Assembly (NCBI GenBank): GCA_964187785.1
Contig: OZ076409.1
Span: 29,142,001 to 29,206,000, forward strand
Length of the DNA: 64,000 bases
Direction: 5' to 3'
Source of the DNA: Amphiscolops sp. MND2022
Taxonomy: Eukaryota
Shown: in pieces, positions 1-9,901 of the stretch
Layout: every line of letters starts with the position of its first letter
Position numbering within the stretch: the first letter of the stretch is position 1
Position numbers and translations under genes: made by a program
Notes under the pieces: model-generated
Databases searched by the model: none
Told to the model about the DNA's origin: nothing
What the model saw: only the letters and a program-made list of their open reading frames with translations

Positions 1-2
1 GA

Positions 3-1769
3 TTAGATTCCGCCATAGCAGCCGTGTTTTCAGAAGTTATGTCTGACTTCGTACCGAGCCAGGAGCAAAACGCGGAGATAGCCGTTGCCACCAGCCAGCC
101 TAACTCCTCGCGAGCCTCCCCCGACAGCACCAATCCACCGGATGATGCTGAAACCACCACGCAAAGAAACACATGGCCTCCGCTGGAAGTCACCGACTAC
201 AGTTTGGAAAATTGGCCAAACTCCATCCAAGGGCCCACAGGTGAGCCCAGCATTGCTGATACCCCCAACGAACAAAATGACACTCCAGTGACTCCACGGG
301 CGGACCCACGGACGGCGGTTGTCGAAAGGAACCCCCCGGGTTCCCAGGAGATGACCAATAGCATAGGCGGGAATCCCTTTCGAAGCGGATATGCGCTACC
401 GGAAGCACCGGCGAAGATGTCGAACAGGCCAGCGGAGAACTCGAAGACAAACATAACAGAGAATCCGTTAAGATACGTTTTTCGAACGCCACCCTCGAAG
501 AGACCAAAGATTAATTATGCGAATGCGAGCCGAACATCCCACACGCCAGACTCTCAAGCTAGCGCCGACACCAATCTTGACTCAACAATAACTAAAGCAA
601 GAAAGGAAACGCAAACGGTTCGAGAAGACTTTCAGAGTAGCCTAGCTCAGCTAGCTCAAGTCCAGACAAGGCTAGCGCGGGAAAACAACGAACATGAGAT
701 GCGCGCCGACATGATAATGAGAGACATGGACGAGCTGCGAAAAGGTCTTCTGGAAATGCAAGCGGAAGGGCGACAGAATCAGGGCCGACTGGAGGCGTCC
801 ATGGCATCTCTCAACGATCTGATTAAACAGAGAGAAACTACAGCGGACGCCCGCATGGCCGAGATGTCCGCAATAATGAGAGAAAGAGACCGCCAGGCCG
901 ACGAACGCATGAAAGCAATGACAAACACAATGCAGCGCCGCGACATGGACTCCAATGTCCGCATGGCGGACTTGATGATGGCAATGCAAGATTTAACACT
1001 GGGCGTGAAAGCAATTGTGTCGCAGACTCCCGCACAGCAAACACAAACGGCGTCACGGGTGCCCCGAAAATACCAGCAGGCCGAGATGCCATCTACAAGT
1101 GAAGCTCCCCAACCTCACTATAGAACGGTGGCACAGCACACAGTGTAGCCTCCTAGGCCCCCAAAACTAGTGCCACCCGCGACGTACAGGCGTGACCTGT
1201 CGAAAGCTAGTAAGATGGCTAAGGTAACCCACACGGAGTCACGAGACGCCGGCACAGACCCCATGACTGACCCGCCGTCGTTTGACCAGTACACTCGCGG
1301 GGCATCGACCTCGGGCGACTTTCATTCCGCTGCCGACGAAACGAACACCCGCAGGACCAGCTACTATACCGCCGATTCCAGCGCGGCATTCCGCCCACCT
1401 GCGCGAACGCAGACGTTCAGAGACTTCGTTCCGCGGCCAGTGGCCACCAGTACGCAGCGCAAGGTGACGACCAAGCGGAACCTAGAACAAGGCAAAGGCG
1501 AACATAGTGACATTGAAGAGATGCCCTCGGTGGCAGAAGAGGCCCCGGACACACCGAGAACTACCCAACGACAAGCACTAGCAGAAGCAATATCCACAGC
1601 CATGTCTAAAGGCTTGGAGCCGTTGCTCGCCGTCAAGGAGTCTAAAAACAAGCCCACGAAATACAGAGGAACCCGAGACGGAAATGCAGATGGGTGGATG
1701 ATGTTGATGAAACGCCACTTGGAAAAAGCACACCCGAAGGCGACCCCCTCGATAAAGCATGGACGATAA
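3..1769 (+). pseudogene. Gag N-terminal region of element A (low complexity, coiled coil, start of capsid), interrupted
   Basis: Frame is open from the window edge. In-frame TAG at 1146-1148 separates ORFs 24-1148 and 1170-1769. Capsid-like motif PTKYRGTRDGNADGW. An apparent 1-nt loss in the C-run near 1745 moves the frame into ORF 1694-6487. Confidence 0.8.
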
Positions 1770-4700
1770 TTGAGTATCTAGAGCATGAAGCCAGAGACTA
1801 CATCACGAATAAGTCCGAAGCCGAGAGGGACACGGATGAGAAAGTATTCGCATTGCTGGCGCGTCGCTTTGGGACAGGCTCCAGCAAAATCCACATCCAG
1901 CAGCAATTTAGAACCCGCAATCAGAATAGCGAAGAGGACTACATGCAATACCTTGATGCCCTCGAGGGCTTGCGTAGTCAGGGTTACCCCAATGAAGAGG
2001 TAACAGTTCGTCGATACGAAATTATGCAAAGATTCATTGAGGGAGTACGCAACTTTGAACTAAAAAGAAACCTCGCGCTAATGTATGCACCGGAACAATA
2101 CGTGGAGACCCCGCCAACAGTGGAAGCCCTCCGCTTCACGGTACAACAATACTTACGCATGCGTGGCTCCACTCGCTCGGACAACTACCCGATGATACCC
2201 CCTCCACAACAACAAGCCAACATCCCACAACCTAATCAGTCTCCGGTAGCACCCACGCCTGCCCAAAAAATGCAACAACAACAGCCTCCCCAACCAGCGG
2301 CATACCAACAACAACCCATGCCACCGGCAGCCTATCGACAGCAACCCCAAAGGGCGTGCTTCAACTGCGGAGACCCATCGCACTTCGTGGTGGACTGCCC
2401 CCTGAAGGACCGTGCACGGAAGCCGGTGCAACAGCAAGTAAACTCCTGTCACACGAACCCGACCGGCAGTTGGGTGTGCCCCTCTCAGCCACATGGCTTG
2501 AACTATGATGTTTTCCCAGCATCCCTGCCAACCCAAGGCACAGTTGCCTTCTGCATTAATTGCGGCCGTACTGAGCACTCGGCGTCGGAATGCATGGCCT
2601 CGGAACAAATGAGTCACGAAGAACAAATCCGTGCAGCGTGGTATGCTCCTTCACCAAGTCAATTCGACGGCCTGAGCCAAGACGACCAGGTCCGGGTAAT
2701 ATCGATAGCGGAAGATGGAGGCCCCTCCCGACCTGTAGTAGTCACCTGTGGCGAGAAGCAAGTACTCACCACGCTGGAGGCACCCGCCCCAGATTGCACA
2801 GAAACACTTATCTCGATACACTTACTTCTTTCGGCCGAGCAAAAATCGCGACCCACGCTGACGCTATCGCAACTAAAGGAGGAGTTATGCAGAAACGTGA
2901 AATATACAATCGCAGCGCGACCGCTCCCGCATTTCGCAAGAGAAGACGAAACGAAACTGGCCCCAATACAGAAAGTCAAAACCGTTTCTCCGGTGCCGGT
3001 AGCCATCAACGTAGACGGTGTAGACATGAAGTTTGACGCTATCGTAGTCTTAGAAGGTCACTTCCCTCAGGGATTGTACTTGGGCCGCCAGGAGTTGCGA
3101 TGTTATAACATCGGAGTGCAAGATGCCCAGGGGGAGGCTCGCATTGATGAACGGGCATCCCTGGTGGTTGCCTTTGGCAACACAATCCAGGAACCAATAC
3201 CTTTGTACGGGATGATTGACACCGGTTCGGGTGTCTCCATTCTCTCCCTAAAGGCCTATCAAAAGATTGCATCAGCCCACGCCTTGAGCCTCCTGCCTTA
3301 TGACATCCAACTGTATGCCGCCAATGGCAAAACCATCAACACCATCGGCATTGCCGAAAATGTTAGCTTCCAGTTGGGCGGACATACCCTTCGAACCAAT
3401 TTTATAGTCATCGCCGATCACCTAGGTGCGGAGGACTTTTTGCTTGGCAGAAACTTCTTGCGCACTTACAACGTTCTCGTGGACCTGACGGCCATGAGGG
3501 TCACCATACGAGACCCCAAAGCGCCACGCCACTTCAAACCCGTCCATGAGGTAAGTGACCACGAGCATTCCTTAGTGATATCCACCGAAAAAGTAGTCCT
3601 AGGCCCTTATGAGCGTAAACTGGTGCGAGCCCAAGTTATTTCTCAAAAGCACAATGAGTACCTTTTCCGAAACGTAATGATTCGCCCCCTGGGGGTACAT
3701 AAACGATGCCCCTTTGTTTCAGAAGATACATTGACGTCTGTTGGAGACGAGGGCATTGTTTTCATAGCCGTACGAAACACTGCCACCTTTAAAAACGTAA
3801 CCATTCCAACCAAAACTGTCCTCGGTAAAGCAGAACCTACAAACTTTGTGTTGCAACCTGTGGCTGCCGACACGGCAACCGAAATTGATAAACCTTTGTT
3901 TGAACAAGTTAATAGAGTTTATACCGATGAGTGGTTGAACGAAACGAGTTCGGAATATAGTTCTTTTGCTCAAAACTTTTTGTCCTCTACTGAGATGTCT
4001 GAAGAAGGGTTGTCGGAAAGTGAGAAGCGTGCTCGGACTGACCCACAGTTACTAAGACCTATACCAGGTCCAGACCTCTCTTCTGTCCTTTCTTCATGGG
4101 GGGAGGGAGCGAGAGATCAACTAGCAAGCGTCCTGAGCGAGTACGATGATCTTTTTATGAAGCATAAAGCTGACATAGGGAGGTGCAAAATAGCGAAACA
4201 TCGTATAGAACTAGAACCGGAAGCTATCCCGCATAGAGAAGGCGCTCGGCGCATGTCCCCGGATAAGGCGGCGAAGGCTAATCAAGAGGTGCGGAATTTG
4301 TTGGCCCTTGGCCTAATTCAACCCTCCTATTCACCGTGGGCAAGCGGAATAGTCATGGTCAAAAAGAAAACAGGCGAACTTCGCTTCTGCTGCGACTTCC
4401 GACCGCTCAACGACGTAACGGTCAAGGACGCGTTCCCATTGCCCAGGATTGATGAAAGTCTATCCCGGATAGGCAATGCGAAAATTTTCACAAGTATTGA
4501 CCTAGCGTGGGCCTTCTGGCAGATACCGCTAAAGAAGCGCGATAGGAGGAAAACGGCGTTTGCCTGCGAACTGGGCTTGTTCGAATGGCGGCGCATGCCC
4601 TTTGGGCTGTGCAATGCCTCAGCCACATTTCAGCGTTCCATTACACGAGCCCTGCAACGGATCCAGCAGCGACACGGGAGTGTCGTCATGGCTTACATTG

Positions 4701-6487
4701 ACGACATCGTTATCGCCACGGAAACCATAGAAGATCACATCGCACGAATCAAGGAAGTATTCGAGTGTCTCCGAGAGGCTGGATTCAAGATGCGTGCCGA
4801 GAAATGTGACTTCATGCGCACGGAAACAAAGTACCTGGGACGAGTGGTGTCCTCAGAAGGCATCAAGCCAGACCCCGAAGCAGTAATCAAAATCCAAGAA
4901 TGGATGCCCCCAAGAAGCAGAGAGGAGCTTCAGAGCTTCCTAGGGTTCGCGAACTATTACCGAGATTTTGTGCCGTTTCATGCAGCCAAGGTGCAACCCC
5001 TGCAGGAGTTGCTCAAGAAGAATCAGCATTTCCGCTGGGAAGTGAAACACCAAGAGGCCTTCGATGCCGTAAAAGAGGCACTAGCAAATGCGACCGCCTT
5101 GGCAGCCCCAAATGAAGACGGACGGTTCGTGCTCGATACCGATGCTAGTGCGGTAGCAATAGCTGGAATCCTGCACCAGGAACAAGAACACAATGGGAAA
5201 ACTATCTTACGGCCAATAGTCTTCGGGAGCAAGTCCCTAACGAAGACGCAACTGAACTATGGAGCACCCAAGTTGGAAATGTACGCAGTATTTTACTTCA
5301 TAGAGAAATTCCACTCGTATCTCGCAGGCCGAGAGTTCACGCTCCGCGTGGACAACCAGGCCCTATCGTGGCTTAAAACGTACTCCATGGACCAAGCCAT
5401 GATAGGTCGCTGGATAGCCCGTCTGGATCAATATAACTTCAAGACGATCAACCGACCTCGCACACAGCATCGAAACGTGGACGGCCTCAGCAAACGGACT
5501 AACGACTATGTGCACCGAGAGAAAATCCTTGAGAAGTTACCGGAAGTGAGTGAAGGATTCAACTTCATGACCCAGGAAGACTATGAAGCACTCCCCACCG
5601 TGCCATACTTTGATAAACACGGACGCCTAATACCAAACCATCCAGAGCTTCCACCGGAAGCTCGAGCCCAACTCCCACTGCTGTATATCTTGGGAAAAAG
5701 GCCCAAAATGAGCTTGCAAGAACCCCCGGTGAGTGATGCCCCGTGGTACCCCCAAATACAGTGGGAAGCGACACCCACCATCGATGAGGATCACCGACCG
5801 AGTCACATCCTCAGCATCACAACCGGAGTGCCACCGGCACGCCTAGACACTGGAGAACCTGATCCTGTGCTTGAAGGGATGCCACCCGAATGCCAAAGAC
5901 AAGCCCACGCCCTCAGAACAGTCGGGACAGAGCTGCACGAACACTTTCTAACTAGACGTGGTCTCAAAGACCTGCACCTAGCGCAAAATAGGGACGTGCA
6001 CCTCCTGGCGCTGAGGAAACTCATGAAAGGCGAACCACTGGAAGACACAATGTTCCCCGAAGACGTGCAGGACTTCGCGCGACGCTACTTCCATCAAAAG
6101 AAAGACCTGCTCTTCCTGAACCCAGACGACATCCTCTGCGTCAACTACGTTCCGCAACAACGTGCGCTGCACGTGCGACCGTGCATGATAGTCATGCCCC
6201 AACTATACCAACACGAGATTTTGTATAGGGCGCACGACGAATCGGGACATCAGGGCGTAGGGAAGGTGCTAGCAAGAGTACAAGAGCGGCACACCTGGCC
6301 GGGCATCAAGCGTGACATAGTCAATCACATTAAGCACTGCTTAACCTGCCAGCAAACAAAACACCCTGCCGGGAACCCCTGCTACCCCTTGCAGAACATT
6401 AACAGCAGCAATTTCAACGACTTGGTGCAATTCGACCACCTCAAACTATGCAAAACTGAGTCGGGAACACCGGTCTCTTGGTCATGA
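1694..6487 (+). CDS. Gag C-terminus, protease(s), reverse transcriptase, RNase H and integrase zinc finger of element A
   Basis: CFNCGDPSHFVVDC and CINCGRTEHSASEC knuckles; DTGS protease; MPFGL and YIDD (RT); LDTDAS (RNase H); HDESGH...CLTC (IN zinc finger). Confidence 0.95.
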   Translation: MDDVDETPLGKSTPEGDPLDKAWTIIEYLEHEARDYITNKSEAERDTDEKVFALLARRFGTGSSKIHIQQQFRTRNQNSEEDYMQYLDALEGLRSQGYPNEEVTVRRYEIMQRFIEGVRNFELKRNLALMYAPEQYVETPPTVEALRFTVQQYLRMRGSTRSDNYPMIPPPQQQANIPQPNQSPVAPTPAQKMQQQQPPQPAAYQQQPMPPAAYRQQPQRACFNCGDPSHFVVDCPLKDRARKPVQQQVNSCHTNPTGSWVCPSQPHGLNYDVFPASLPTQGTVAFCINCGRTEHSASECMASEQMSHEEQIRAAWYAPSPSQFDGLSQDDQVRVISIAEDGGPSRPVVVTCGEKQVLTTLEAPAPDCTETLISIHLLLSAEQKSRPTLTLSQLKEELCRNVKYTIAARPLPHFAREDETKLAPIQKVKTVSPVPVAINVDGVDMKFDAIVVLEGHFPQGLYLGRQELRCYNIGVQDAQGEARIDERASLVVAFGNTIQEPIPLYGMIDTGSGVSILSLKAYQKIASAHALSLLPYDIQLYAANGKTINTIGIAENVSFQLGGHTLRTNFIVIADHLGAEDFLLGRNFLRTYNVLVDLTAMRVTIRDPKAPRHFKPVHEVSDHEHSLVISTEKVVLGPYERKLVRAQVISQKHNEYLFRNVMIRPLGVHKRCPFVSEDTLTSVGDEGIVFIAVRNTATFKNVTIPTKTVLGKAEPTNFVLQPVAADTATEIDKPLFEQVNRVYTDEWLNETSSEYSSFAQNFLSSTEMSEEGLSESEKRARTDPQLLRPIPGPDLSSVLSSWGEGARDQLASVLSEYDDLFMKHKADIGRCKIAKHRIELEPEAIPHREGARRMSPDKAAKANQEVRNLLALGLIQPSYSPWASGIVMVKKKTGELRFCCDFRPLNDVTVKDAFPLPRIDESLSRIGNAKIFTSIDLAWAFWQIPLKKRDRRKTAFACELGLFEWRRMPFGLCNASATFQRSITRALQRIQQRHGSVVMAYIDDIVIATETIEDHIARIKEVFECLREAGFKMRAEKCDFMRTETKYLGRVVSSEGIKPDPEAVIKIQEWMPPRSREELQSFLGFANYYRDFVPFHAAKVQPLQELLKKNQHFRWEVKHQEAFDAVKEALANATALAAPNEDGRFVLDTDASAVAIAGILHQEQEHNGKTILRPIVFGSKSLTKTQLNYGAPKLEMYAVFYFIEKFHSYLAGREFTLRVDNQALSWLKTYSMDQAMIGRWIARLDQYNFKTINRPRTQHRNVDGLSKRTNDYVHREKILEKLPEVSEGFNFMTQEDYEALPTVPYFDKHGRLIPNHPELPPEARAQLPLLYILGKRPKMSLQEPPVSDAPWYPQIQWEATPTIDEDHRPSHILSITTGVPPARLDTGEPDPVLEGMPPECQRQAHALRTVGTELHEHFLTRRGLKDLHLAQNRDVHLLALRKLMKGEPLEDTMFPEDVQDFARRYFHQKKDLLFLNPDDILCVNYVPQQRALHVRPCMIVMPQLYQHEILYRAHDESGHQGVGKVLARVQERHTWPGIKRDIVNHIKHCLTCQQTKHPAGNPCYPLQNINSSNFNDLVQFDHLKLCKTESGTPVSWS

Positions 6488-9400
6488 TAGACCACTTCAC
6501 GAAATTCGCCGAGGCTATCCCGTGTGTCCACGACGAATATGATGCCCAAACCACAGCTAAGATCATCCTTAATAAATGGTTTGCCAGGCATGGCACTCCA
6601 GCACGCATGCAGTCGGACAATGCCACGAATTTCACAGCTGAAATCGCGCAGGAGTTAATGAAGGCATCGCAGGTAACAAAGGTGACATCCACACCAGCGC
6701 ATCCCCGAGGAAATGGACTCGTGGAGAGACAGAACCGAACGTTACTCACACTGCTCAGAGTCTACACATCGCGACGAATGCAGGATTGGGATGAGCACAT
6801 CGATGGAATCCTCGGTGCTTACAATTCAACTAGACACGCAACCACGGGATTCTCTCCCTACATGCTCCAACATGGAGCCGAAAAATCCATTCCCTTGTCG
6901 TTCATCTACCCAGAGTTTGCTGCGCGAGGATTCGATTCCAAAGAAGAATTCGTAGAACACCTTCTAGCCAGGCAACAAGAAATCCATGAACTCGTCAGAA
7001 GAAATACGCACCAAGCACAGCTAAGGCAAAAGCTAAAGTTTGACCGCCACCTGAAGGCCAAAGCGCACGCCGTAGGCGATGCGGTGTGGGTATTCTGCCA
7101 TATCATACCCAAGGGTGGCACCCGCAAGCTGATTCGCGCATGGCGTGGACCCCACAAGGTGACTGACGTGTTGCAGGACGGACGATTATATGTGCTAGAC
7201 ACTGGTCAAAAGGTCCATTACGAAAGATTAAAAAAACACGTGCCCGCCCCTTGGGACTGGGCTGCACACCAGCCCTTTGGGCCGGATCAAAACGTAGCCA
7301 TCATTGCTGATCCGTATGTAGAAGAAAGCAATGAAGAGATAGCGTCCGACATCTCTCGAGACTCTTTTCTACCAGAACAACTTCCAGAAGCGTCGTTCGA
7401 AATGGAGCCAACAGGATCGGTTCCACCTCGTACCATTCAGACTCGTACCCAAACGGCCCTCGAGCAAGGAATACCCCGAAGAAGATTCAGCCACTTCGGA
7501 TACCCCTCTGACTCAGACTCCGAAAGAGAAGAAAATGAACCGCCGATCCAGAGCCCAGCACCGCCAGTAGTGTTCCCCGACTTGGACGACCTAGAACCAC
7601 TGTACTCCGACCAGGAGGAAATTCAGCCAGCCGCACCTACAAATCTGATACCATCACCCTCAGGGACCTCGGCCCCACTACTATCCAATCCGTCCCTGAC
7701 GGATACCCTGAGTAACTTTCCCTTGTTTGGCCCCCGATTGGAGGACCCAATCGGTCCGATGGAAATTAAACCAAAGTCAGGAACTGAAGACGAAGAAGAG
7801 ATAGTCCATCGCAGTCCAAACCAATGCTCAACACAACCCGATACCACGAACCGCAGAGGACGGCCTCGAGGCCGACCACCAGGTCGAGGACGACCCCGCG
7901 CCATACCATCCAGTAGAACCACGACATCGTCGCGAACCCAAACCACACGATCCAGAAGAGGCCCTAGGACAAGAGTGAGCACTCGTGCACCCCCTCGAAA
8001 GCTAGACCGAGCAATGACTCTACCAGAGATACCCGAAAGCCAACAACCACCGGAGAACCAGAATTCTGAACCGAGACCGTCATCGCAAACATCACGATAT
8101 CAACTGCGAGCTAATAGAGCACCACGATACAAGTGTGGAACCTGTGGTTCCCGCAACTGTAGTTGCGTCAAGCAACTGACTCGCGATTCACCGGACAACC
8201 GATTGGCCCGGGGAGCGGTAGTCCCTGCCAGGGACCTCCTAATGGCCAGGGCACATTATCATCCACAACATGAGATCCTGACTGTACAAGCCCAGCGAGA
8301 AAAAGTTGAGGCCCCTCCGCTAGTACACCATCTAATCATCACGGTAGAGAAAACATTCACTAGTGTGGAGCGAGAAGTGATACCACCGCTGGAAGAAACA
8401 CTCAGAGCAATGCACGCGACATCTCCCTCCGACTGCCCCACTTACCGATTCAAGGAATGGACACCACCTCACCGAGGCGGTCTAGAGTTCACCCTACATG
8501 CCATCATACCGCCCTTGCCACCCTCAATGACGTTCGGCGAGCTAGCGGAAGAGGATAGCAGCCCGGAGATGGTTCGCTGTATCACTGCACACCAACTGTG
8601 GGAGAAATATCGCATTGCCTCCCCGCCAGGAGACATATACCAGCCCACCAATGGATGGTGGCTACTCGTCACTTCTCTCGACGCAACGACATTGGTGTCT
8701 CCCACAACTCTATTAATGTGCTTAGAGAGCTTGCGCACTGTAACAGAACCTAAGAATACGCTCTGTTTCCACATGGCCGACATTCATCGCGGCAAGTTCC
8801 TAAGCCAACATTGGCTACAATTAATAGCGGTCATCTTCTGCCGACAGGCGAAGATACACTTCTTGGATCGGCAATCTTATACGCCGGAAAAACCCGTCAC
8901 GGTCAACGAAGCACTCTCGATAGCACACGATTGGTCATCTACCAACATGGGAGATAGACCGCTACGCCGCACCGTCTGGGAGGACCGCAAAGCGATCTTA
9001 CGGCATTTAGCACCCCAACCTAATGATGACCAGAGCAATACCACCGGCAAATGGCTCATAACCCAGCCCAAGACCAGACCGAACTACCTGCCTTGGATAA
9101 CTTATGCCAATACAGATATCCTGCAGGCCCCTGGCACTGTGATACTGTGCTGCCCTGCAGATTTGCTCTCTTACTCTGCCACCACCCGTTATGTTATTCG
9201 CGAATACGGTCAGGAAAACATATTTCGCCTAAGGCCGGCAGTTGGCACCGCAATTCGCTTAGTCCGCTCGCCAACTGCACCCTGGAATAACGAAATTTTC
9301 CTTCTATGTACCAGAGCATCGAATAAATACCCACTCTTACATGAAGTACTCCATGCGTGTTTGACAAATTTGATAACCCAGCTCCATCGAAACCACATTA

Positions 9401-9570
9401 CCAGAATCCACTTGCCCATATATGATCCCGAGCGATCGATGAACCCCCTACCAGCCTGGTACGCCACGCTACGCGACCACTTTGCAGACCATAATATTGC
9501 AATAATCTTGCACGATCGCGTCTATGTCTCGATAGCATCGGTGACCTCAGTCGATTTTGGAGGTAGTTGA
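6478..9570 (+). CDS. Integrase core plus long C-terminal extension (AT-hooks, Cys cluster, two macrodomain-like units); frameshifted from upstream pol
   Basis: DHFTKF, SDNATNF, NGLVERQNRTL, WRGPHKV (GPY/F-like); RGRPRGRPPGRGRPR; CGTCGSRNCSC; C-terminus resembles TARG1/Poa1p-type macrodomains. Confidence 0.9.
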   Translation: MVMIDHFTKFAEAIPCVHDEYDAQTTAKIILNKWFARHGTPARMQSDNATNFTAEIAQELMKASQVTKVTSTPAHPRGNGLVERQNRTLLTLLRVYTSRRMQDWDEHIDGILGAYNSTRHATTGFSPYMLQHGAEKSIPLSFIYPEFAARGFDSKEEFVEHLLARQQEIHELVRRNTHQAQLRQKLKFDRHLKAKAHAVGDAVWVFCHIIPKGGTRKLIRAWRGPHKVTDVLQDGRLYVLDTGQKVHYERLKKHVPAPWDWAAHQPFGPDQNVAIIADPYVEESNEEIASDISRDSFLPEQLPEASFEMEPTGSVPPRTIQTRTQTALEQGIPRRRFSHFGYPSDSDSEREENEPPIQSPAPPVVFPDLDDLEPLYSDQEEIQPAAPTNLIPSPSGTSAPLLSNPSLTDTLSNFPLFGPRLEDPIGPMEIKPKSGTEDEEEIVHRSPNQCSTQPDTTNRRGRPRGRPPGRGRPRAIPSSRTTTSSRTQTTRSRRGPRTRVSTRAPPRKLDRAMTLPEIPESQQPPENQNSEPRPSSQTSRYQLRANRAPRYKCGTCGSRNCSCVKQLTRDSPDNRLARGAVVPARDLLMARAHYHPQHEILTVQAQREKVEAPPLVHHLIITVEKTFTSVEREVIPPLEETLRAMHATSPSDCPTYRFKEWTPPHRGGLEFTLHAIIPPLPPSMTFGELAEEDSSPEMVRCITAHQLWEKYRIASPPGDIYQPTNGWWLLVTSLDATTLVSPTTLLMCLESLRTVTEPKNTLCFHMADIHRGKFLSQHWLQLIAVIFCRQAKIHFLDRQSYTPEKPVTVNEALSIAHDWSSTNMGDRPLRRTVWEDRKAILRHLAPQPNDDQSNTTGKWLITQPKTRPNYLPWITYANTDILQAPGTVILCCPADLLSYSATTRYVIREYGQENIFRLRPAVGTAIRLVRSPTAPWNNEIFLLCTRASNKYPLLHEVLHACLTNLITQLHRNHITRIHLPIYDPERSMNPLPAWYATLRDHFADHNIAIILHDRVYVSIASVTSVDFGGS

Positions 9571-9901
9571 GAACACGTCTCGCTCTCTCCTTGGCAAATC
9601 AGGCCACTGGCCTTTTGCATTGCCTTTCGTAATTTCGAAGCACCTTAAATTTTAACAACGATGCACCGATAAGCGCAAGTTTTAGTAGCAACCACATAAA
9701 ATTTTTTTAACCTTGTGTTTGTGTGTTCGTCCTAAAAAGTTTGACTGACCACCCGTTTATGTAACGTTTTATCCCCAACTGTGACCTGTTTTTCAGTTTT
9801 GTCCTGTTGCCTCGCCTCTGCGCGGCTCCCCCACTTATCACGCCAAATCAGTCTTGCCATCACAATCTTCGGTGCTAAACATTCCTTTATCATTGTTTCC
9901 A

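Noticed and set aside
3580..3850. dUTPase between protease and RT (also ~42970-43220)
   Set aside because: Only vague beta-rich similarity with no conserved dUTPase motifs; such spacers are common in Gypsy pol.
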